64,000 nucleotides of DNA, taken from the IMG/VR virus record IMGVR_UViG_3300028886_000034, positions 118,081 to 182,080 of that record. One strand, given 5' to 3'. Positions 59,298-64,000 of this stretch are shown one piece after another. Both the position numbers and the translations under genes were made by a program. This DNA comes from a virus. Lineage: Duplodnaviria > Heunggongvirae > Uroviricota > Caudoviricetes. The stretch's first letter is position 1. Each line of letters starts with the position of its first letter. The notes beneath the pieces were generated by a model. The model had not been told where the DNA came from. It worked only from the letters and a program-made list of their open reading frames with translations, and ran no database searches.

Positions 59298-59858
59298 ATG
59301 GATATAAACAATTATATTTCTAAAGATGAGTGCAGTATTGTGCTTGAAGGAATAGGTAGACGAGGGTATGTTAATTCAAATTATGGAAGAAATGAACTTA
59401 GAAAAGATTGTGAAGAGCATAACGCCTTAGATGTTTATAATGAAGTAATAGCTATTTGGGGAGAATCTCCAGTAGTTATAACTGAAGATGATAATACTGA
59501 TGTAACTATTGAAGATGTTAGAGCTGGAAAAATCTCAGAATTAGAAGATACATTTAATAAAGCAGTGAAGGGTTCTTTTGTTACTACTGAAGGATATAAA
59601 ATGCAGTTTGATATTGATGACTCTATCAAAATGACTGGAGCTATTCAGGTTATGGAAGATACTAATTCTGAAACAGGATATATTACAGATGCTGATGATG
59701 AAACTCATTATGATATAACTTTAGCTGTAATGAAATCTGTTAAAAGTCAGATGCTTAAGCAGTATTCAATTTGTCATTTGAAGAAACAGCAGTATAGAGC
59801 TGCTATAAAAAATGCTTCAACTATTGATGAATTGAATTCTATTATATTTAAATTTTAA
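59298..59858 (+). CDS. Tail fibre assembly/chaperone-like protein (DUF4376-like)
   Basis: Follows the fibre gene; 'RAGKISEL', 'ITDADDETH', 'R.AI.NA.TIDELNSI' are typical. Confidence 0.65.
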   Translation: MDINNYISKDECSIVLEGIGRRGYVNSNYGRNELRKDCEEHNALDVYNEVIAIWGESPVVITEDDNTDVTIEDVRAGKISELEDTFNKAVKGSFVTTEGYKMQFDIDDSIKMTGAIQVMEDTNSETGYITDADDETHYDITLAVMKSVKSQMLKQYSICHLKKQQYRAAIKNASTIDELNSIIFKF

Positions 59859-59860
59859 AT

Positions 59861-59914
59861 AAAAAAAAAATCCTACTCTAGAGAGACTTATATATCTCTT
59901 TAGAGTAGGATTTT
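59861..59914. terminator. Bidirectional terminator
   Basis: AAAATCCTACTCTAGAGAG...CTCTTTAGAGTAGGATTTT between convergent genes. Confidence 0.75.
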
Positions 59915-59919
59915 ATATA

Positions 59920-60354
59920 TTATTCCATACCAGGATAAATGATTACTTCGGGTTCTTCAAGTTTAGGTTCAGTTATAATTAACTGAGCTTCATACATCAC
60001 ATTATCATCCCAATTAAGTTCAGTAGCACCCTGTGAATCAAAGTGACAAGTCCAAGCAGTTCTTCCGTATTTAACCATATTATCGAAGTAGCCAGTTAAT
60101 CTTTCAGTAAGATCTTCTTCATCAACTTCAATACCAGTTTCCTCAGAATAAGTTAAGCTATCTCCAGATTTAGTAAATTTATCACAAGTTTCATTACTAA
60201 AGAACTCTTTAATCTTGGAAACTATATCTGATACAGTACTAAGGTCTGTATAGACAGTTGAGATATTTTTTCTAATACCAGTAGGATTAGAAGTAAGAGA
60301 AGTAAATGGTTCTAAGAATTTAACCATTCTAAGTTTAAATTTAACATCAGCCAT
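59920..60354 (-). CDS. Hypothetical protein
   Basis: 144-aa ORF with AGGAGG RBS. Confidence 0.7.
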   Translation of the reverse strand: MADVKFKLRMVKFLEPFTSLTSNPTGIRKNISTVYTDLSTVSDIVSKIKEFFSNETCDKFTKSGDSLTYSEETGIEVDEEDLTERLTGYFDNMVKYGRTAWTCHFDSQGATELNWDDNVMYEAQLIITEPKLEEPEVIIYPGME

Positions 60355-60374
60355 ATAGAATACCTCCTAATATT

Positions 60375-61571
60375 TTATTCATTGAATTTAATAAGAAAGT
60401 CTGGGTTAATTGCTTTAAATGACAAGTAATTATTTGTTTCAAACAATACTTGTCCAGAGAATCCTTCAACAGGAATCATAATATTGCTCCCCTTATTTGT
60501 TCTGGATTCTACCCAATCAGAAGGATCAAAAAGTCTTACAACAATGCCTTCTCTTTGAATATTAGGATTAAGAAGAGATTTACTTTTAGAGAATTCAACC
60601 CATTCATCAGCGGTTTCTTTAAACTTAATAGTATCAAAATACGGAACTCTTTTAATTTTAAAGTAGTCACAAAGCTGAGTTAAACTAATTTCTGTAAAAT
60701 ATCTTTGAGTATCAATATTAAAGACATTGAAGAAACAAATATCATATTCGGTAAGTTTATACTTATTACTTTGAATACCTGGCCCAAGAAGTTCTCCCTG
60801 AAGGGCAATATTACATTTATTAGACTTACAGAAATTAGTAAGTTTTTCAATAAGGTTATATCTATTGACAGCTTCTACATACTTATTACCATCATCAAGT
60901 GGTAGCTCCATATTTCTACTACAAACACCTACATGACCATTATAGTAGTATATTGAAAGGCTGGAGCCATCCACTTTTTCAGTATATGAAAATTCATTAT
61001 TCTGATTTTGGAAAAAGAATTCCAAATCAAAACTCTGAATTCTAGATTCATCAGTCTTAGGAATAATATCACTAGGAAATGGTTTTTTAGGATCAGGAAT
61101 ATTATAAAGTTTTTTAGCCAATTTTCTAAAGTGCCTAATAATGAATCCTCTAATAAACCCAGGAGTATGAATATACAACCATCCTTTTTTATAGGAAGGA
61201 TTGGGATTAACATCTACTTCAATTTCAGGTTCATATTTTTTGATCTTAAGAATAGCTGTAACATCATCACCAACTGAATACTTACTTGCATCTTTAGGAA
61301 GAATACTCATAGGGAAGATAATACCCTGAGATACTTTACCTCTAAGTTTAATAGTTTTAATCCTATACTTTCTGTCTTTCATAAACTCAAAGTTAGGGTT
61401 ATCTTCTGGAAGAATAGAATCAATTTCAATATATACACACTTATCCCCTACTTTGAATTCTCCTTTTTTAACAACACAATGCCAACCCAATACAGATGCA
61501 TATTCAATTTTATCCGCATCTTTAATAGGTTCAATGTTAATAATAGTCTGGATACTCGCAAGTTTTCTCAT
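60375..61571 (-). CDS. RNA ligase (DRB0094/Rnl5 family)
   Basis: N-terminal RKLASIQ OB-type module; nucleotidyltransferase motifs EKVDGSS, LQGELLGPGIQ, EGIVVR, SFKAIN. Confidence 0.88.
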   Translation of the reverse strand: MRKLASIQTIINIEPIKDADKIEYASVLGWHCVVKKGEFKVGDKCVYIEIDSILPEDNPNFEFMKDRKYRIKTIKLRGKVSQGIIFPMSILPKDASKYSVGDDVTAILKIKKYEPEIEVDVNPNPSYKKGWLYIHTPGFIRGFIIRHFRKLAKKLYNIPDPKKPFPSDIIPKTDESRIQSFDLEFFFQNQNNEFSYTEKVDGSSLSIYYYNGHVGVCSRNMELPLDDGNKYVEAVNRYNLIEKLTNFCKSNKCNIALQGELLGPGIQSNKYKLTEYDICFFNVFNIDTQRYFTEISLTQLCDYFKIKRVPYFDTIKFKETADEWVEFSKSKSLLNPNIQREGIVVRLFDPSDWVESRTNKGSNIMIPVEGFSGQVLFETNNYLSFKAINPDFLIKFNE

Positions 61572-61582
61572 GTATATTCCTC

Positions 61583-61801
61583 CTATATAATAGTTATTAT
61601 AGCTCCTGGAAATACGCTAGAGGTATTAACGACCTCTAGAGATATTCCAAAATGTTTAACCTTCCATAAATTTTCTGATACTTTAATGTAATTATATGAA
61701 CAATAAATAAGTGGGTTTTTCATATTTAGATCTCTAACCATTGTAACTTTGTAATAGATTTTTTTAAACTTGAAAAAATGAAACATTATACTCACCACCA
61801 A
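61583..61801 (-). CDS. Hypothetical protein
   Basis: 72-aa ORF in a co-oriented cluster. Confidence 0.45.
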   Translation of the reverse strand: MVVSIMFHFFKFKKIYYKVTMVRDLNMKNPLIYCSYNYIKVSENLWKVKHFGISLEVVNTSSVFPGAIITII

Positions 61802-61918
61802 TTAGACCAAATTATATGCCATATTATTACAGATAATACAATCCATTTACTTAAACATAATACACCTACTAAAAGTATAATTAAACATATAATACTTTCA
61901 AAATCATCCCAATCTCTT

Positions 61919-62437
61919 CTATCCATTATCACATACCAGAAGTTTAACATTAAACATTTCACACCATTCATTATGAAAAATCACTTTAATCATATTTAAT
62001 ACCTGATTAAAATCTAGACCTCCTAATCCACATCCAAGTTTAGGCATCCTAATGGTAAAATGGATATCATCATCATCCCATTTATGCTCTCTATTAAAAA
62101 CCCAATCCTCAATATAATACTTAAGTGCTGTAAGATTAGCACTAATATACCAATATTCACTTGGATTACTCCAATGAAGTTTAGTGGGAAATAACATGAT
62201 ATTAACATGTGGATTTTCCAAAGTATTAATCATAGCTACTTCTCCAATACCTACACTAAGGTCTTTAAGATTTCCTTTTTTAAATTCTTTAGGATATCGT
62301 TTCTTAAATTCTAATGCTAATCCTTTACCCATTACATTAAGATTACAGTTAATTGGGTCTACTAGAATAAGAACATTATTATCATTATAATCTTCACTTC
62401 TAAAATTGAAGATATCTTCCTTAACTACGTCTACCAT
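61919..62437 (-). CDS. Macrodomain ADP-ribose glycohydrolase (DarG-like)
   Basis: PINC..VMGKGLALEFKKRYP, LFPTK.HW, MPKLGCGLGGL. Confidence 0.8.
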   Translation of the reverse strand: MVDVVKEDIFNFRSEDYNDNNVLILVDPINCNLNVMGKGLALEFKKRYPKEFKKGNLKDLSVGIGEVAMINTLENPHVNIMLFPTKLHWSNPSEYWYISANLTALKYYIEDWVFNREHKWDDDDIHFTIRMPKLGCGLGGLDFNQVLNMIKVIFHNEWCEMFNVKLLVCDNG

Positions 62438-62443
62438 AGTTTA

Positions 62444-63334
62444 TCACCACCACATAGAGTTAATAATTTTACCATAGATTTGGAAGGCATAGCTAGTAAG
62501 AATATTTGCATATCTTTCTTCCAAAGAATGCCAGAATAAATGGTCAGGATACTTTTCATTAAGTTCCTTAAAGTGTTGATTCATATCATCAAGAAAATCA
62601 GTTTCAGTTTCTAGATCTTTATAGTTATATTCAAAGATGTATTGACCAGCATCACTCTTAATTGCTCTTTCAAGATAATCCAGAATAAGGTCAATACATT
62701 CATACTGATAAAGATCTTTATATTCTACTTTTACAATAGATTCGTCATCATTATAAAATGTACTAGGATCTTTATCATAGAGTTCTTTAAGTTCTTCAGT
62801 ATCTTTAAGTGTAATTACTGGGATCTTTTTAAATTTATGGAGAGTATCTACTTTATCATTGCCCTGTTCATCTTTTTCTGGATAAATATAAACCCATTTA
62901 GATGCCAAATCTTTATATCTTTTAACTCTTTCATAAAGATAAATTGTGCTAACATAATCTAATGAAAAAGTTTCATCTGAATCCCAGAATCCATACTGCC
63001 AATAGTTCTTATATGCTTCCCATTTTGATTTGATTTCGTATTTAATAGAATCATAGAAATAGATTAAAGTTCTAACAATATTAAACTTAGCGTTATTAAT
63101 ATTATAGTAGTCCTTATTATCAGTATGAAGTTTTTGATAACTAAATTCTACTTCATCCTTAAAATCCTGCCAGCTAATATTAAACAGAATATCAAAGAAA
63201 TCTTCAGCTTCTTTAATTCTTTTAATACTAAAGTATCTTTTAAATTTATACCAGTTAAAAGTTTTAGTCTTTGGGACTAAACCATTAGTAACTTTTACAC
63301 CAATATCAGTTAAGCACTTATGATGGTTAAACAT
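62444..63334 (-). CDS. Hypothetical protein
   Basis: 296-aa ORF with GGAG RBS. Confidence 0.7.
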   Translation of the reverse strand: MFNHHKCLTDIGVKVTNGLVPKTKTFNWYKFKRYFSIKRIKEAEDFFDILFNISWQDFKDEVEFSYQKLHTDNKDYYNINNAKFNIVRTLIYFYDSIKYEIKSKWEAYKNYWQYGFWDSDETFSLDYVSTIYLYERVKRYKDLASKWVYIYPEKDEQGNDKVDTLHKFKKIPVITLKDTEELKELYDKDPSTFYNDDESIVKVEYKDLYQYECIDLILDYLERAIKSDAGQYIFEYNYKDLETETDFLDDMNQHFKELNEKYPDHLFWHSLEERYANILTSYAFQIYGKIINSMWW

Positions 63335-63548
63335 TATTTACCTTCTCCTCCTTAGGTTCAAAATGAAAAGTATATCCAATTAAAGTTACTGTGCCATATT
63401 TATCTGAAAGTACAATAGTATACCTATAATTAGTAGGGTCATGTTTAAGTAGCTCTCCATCAAATACCTTATGTAAATCTTTAAAACTATTCACTTGAGC
63501 ATGTCTGACCATATCTTGTCCTTCTCTTCTAGAAATTCCTATTTTCAT
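63327..63548 (-). CDS. Hypothetical protein
   Basis: 73-aa ORF with GGGGA RBS, overlapping the next gene. Confidence 0.6.
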   Translation of the reverse strand: MKIGISRREGQDMVRHAQVNSFKDLHKVFDGELLKHDPTNYRYTIVLSDKYGTVTLIGYTFHFEPKEEKVNNV

Positions 63549-63560
63549 ATTGAATCCCCC

Positions 63561-63589
63561 TTGACATTTATTTATCTATAGTATATACT
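63561..63589 (+). promoter_or_regulatory. Sigma70/SigA-type promoter
   Basis: TTGACA-17 bp-TATACT. Confidence 0.65.
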
Positions 63590-63601
63590 CCTATTAAGAA
63601 C

Positions 63602-63817
63602 TTGTCAAGAGACAAATTCAAAATTGAAAGGAGTCTTCTTAATATGGACCAGAAGTGTGAAACTTGTTGTTATTTTAGTAACGGTAAATGCCTTAGATAT
63701 CCTCCTAAGTATACCATGGCTCAAGGATTTGTCAACTATGAAAATCCTATTGTTGAAGCAACCAATTGGTGTGGTGAGTATAAAAAGAAGGAGTCTGTAC
63801 AACTGTTGAGAGAGTAA
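63602..63817 (+). CDS. Small Cys-rich protein
   Basis: CETCCYF...CLRYPP...WCGEY. May start at ATG (MDQKC) after AAGGAG. Confidence 0.6.
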   Translation: MSRDKFKIERSLLNMDQKCETCCYFSNGKCLRYPPKYTMAQGFVNYENPIVEATNWCGEYKKKESVQLLRE

Positions 63818-63822
63818 CAAAT

Positions 63823-63859
63823 AAAAAGAGAGCCATCCGAAAGGAATGGCTCTCTTTTT
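63823..63859. terminator. Intrinsic terminator
   Basis: AAAAAGAGAGCCAT...ATGGCTCTCTTTTT. Confidence 0.8.
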
Positions 63860-64000
63860 ATTGGCTTACCTAGGATCAAAGGAAATCCTGATAAGCCTTC
63901 CATCTCTAATGGTCTGCTGAGCTTTAACCAATGCTGAACCATTGGTTTTCAGCTCAAGCTTAGAGACTGTGAAAAACTTTTTGTTCTTGGGGTCATTCCG

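Noticed and set aside
63816-63823. AACAAATA at 63816
   Set aside because: It lies directly before a terminator with no gene following; likely a chance occurrence, so it was excluded from the promoter list.
1-64000. Genome-wide stop-codon reassignment (code 4/15/25)
   Set aside because: Long ORFs are intact in code 11, and TAA, TAG and TGA all end genes, often in ATGA overlaps. Only the PAAR TGA is anomalous.
1-64000. CRISPR array
   Set aside because: All repeats found are in-frame coding repeats without unique spacers.

Overview
This is a 64 kb, AT-rich segment of a large T4-like-morphology (myovirus) jumbo phage genome in the standard genetic code. The host is probably a Firmicute (inferred from strong GGAGG RBSs, TTG starts, BspA-like LRRs, a PrsW-like protease and IStron-like elements). 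Structural genes include portal, acidic and low-complexity prohead proteins, prohead protease, major capsid protein (MCP), gp26/gp51-like, PAAR, gp25 and gp6-like baseplate genes, large terminase and several tail-fibre genes. Accessory genes include an RNA ligase, a macrodomain, a CYTH protein and a GNAT-phosphoesterase fusion. Main result: four group I introns interrupt essential virion genes, three in the MCP (restoring a 527-aa ORF with a 60-nt micro-exon) and one in a tail-collar/fibre gene. Two of them carry unrelated TnpB nucleases with no TnpA, with the putative omegaRNA ending at the 3' splice site, suggesting TnpB acting as an RNA-guided homing endonuclease. Other signals: a shared N-terminal MRY(R/K)LILKE peptide resembling a capsid-targeting sequence, a recurrent AACAAAT(A/T) candidate late promoter, and a PAAR gene with an in-frame TGA. 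All calls are from manual reading; no searches or folding programs were run.
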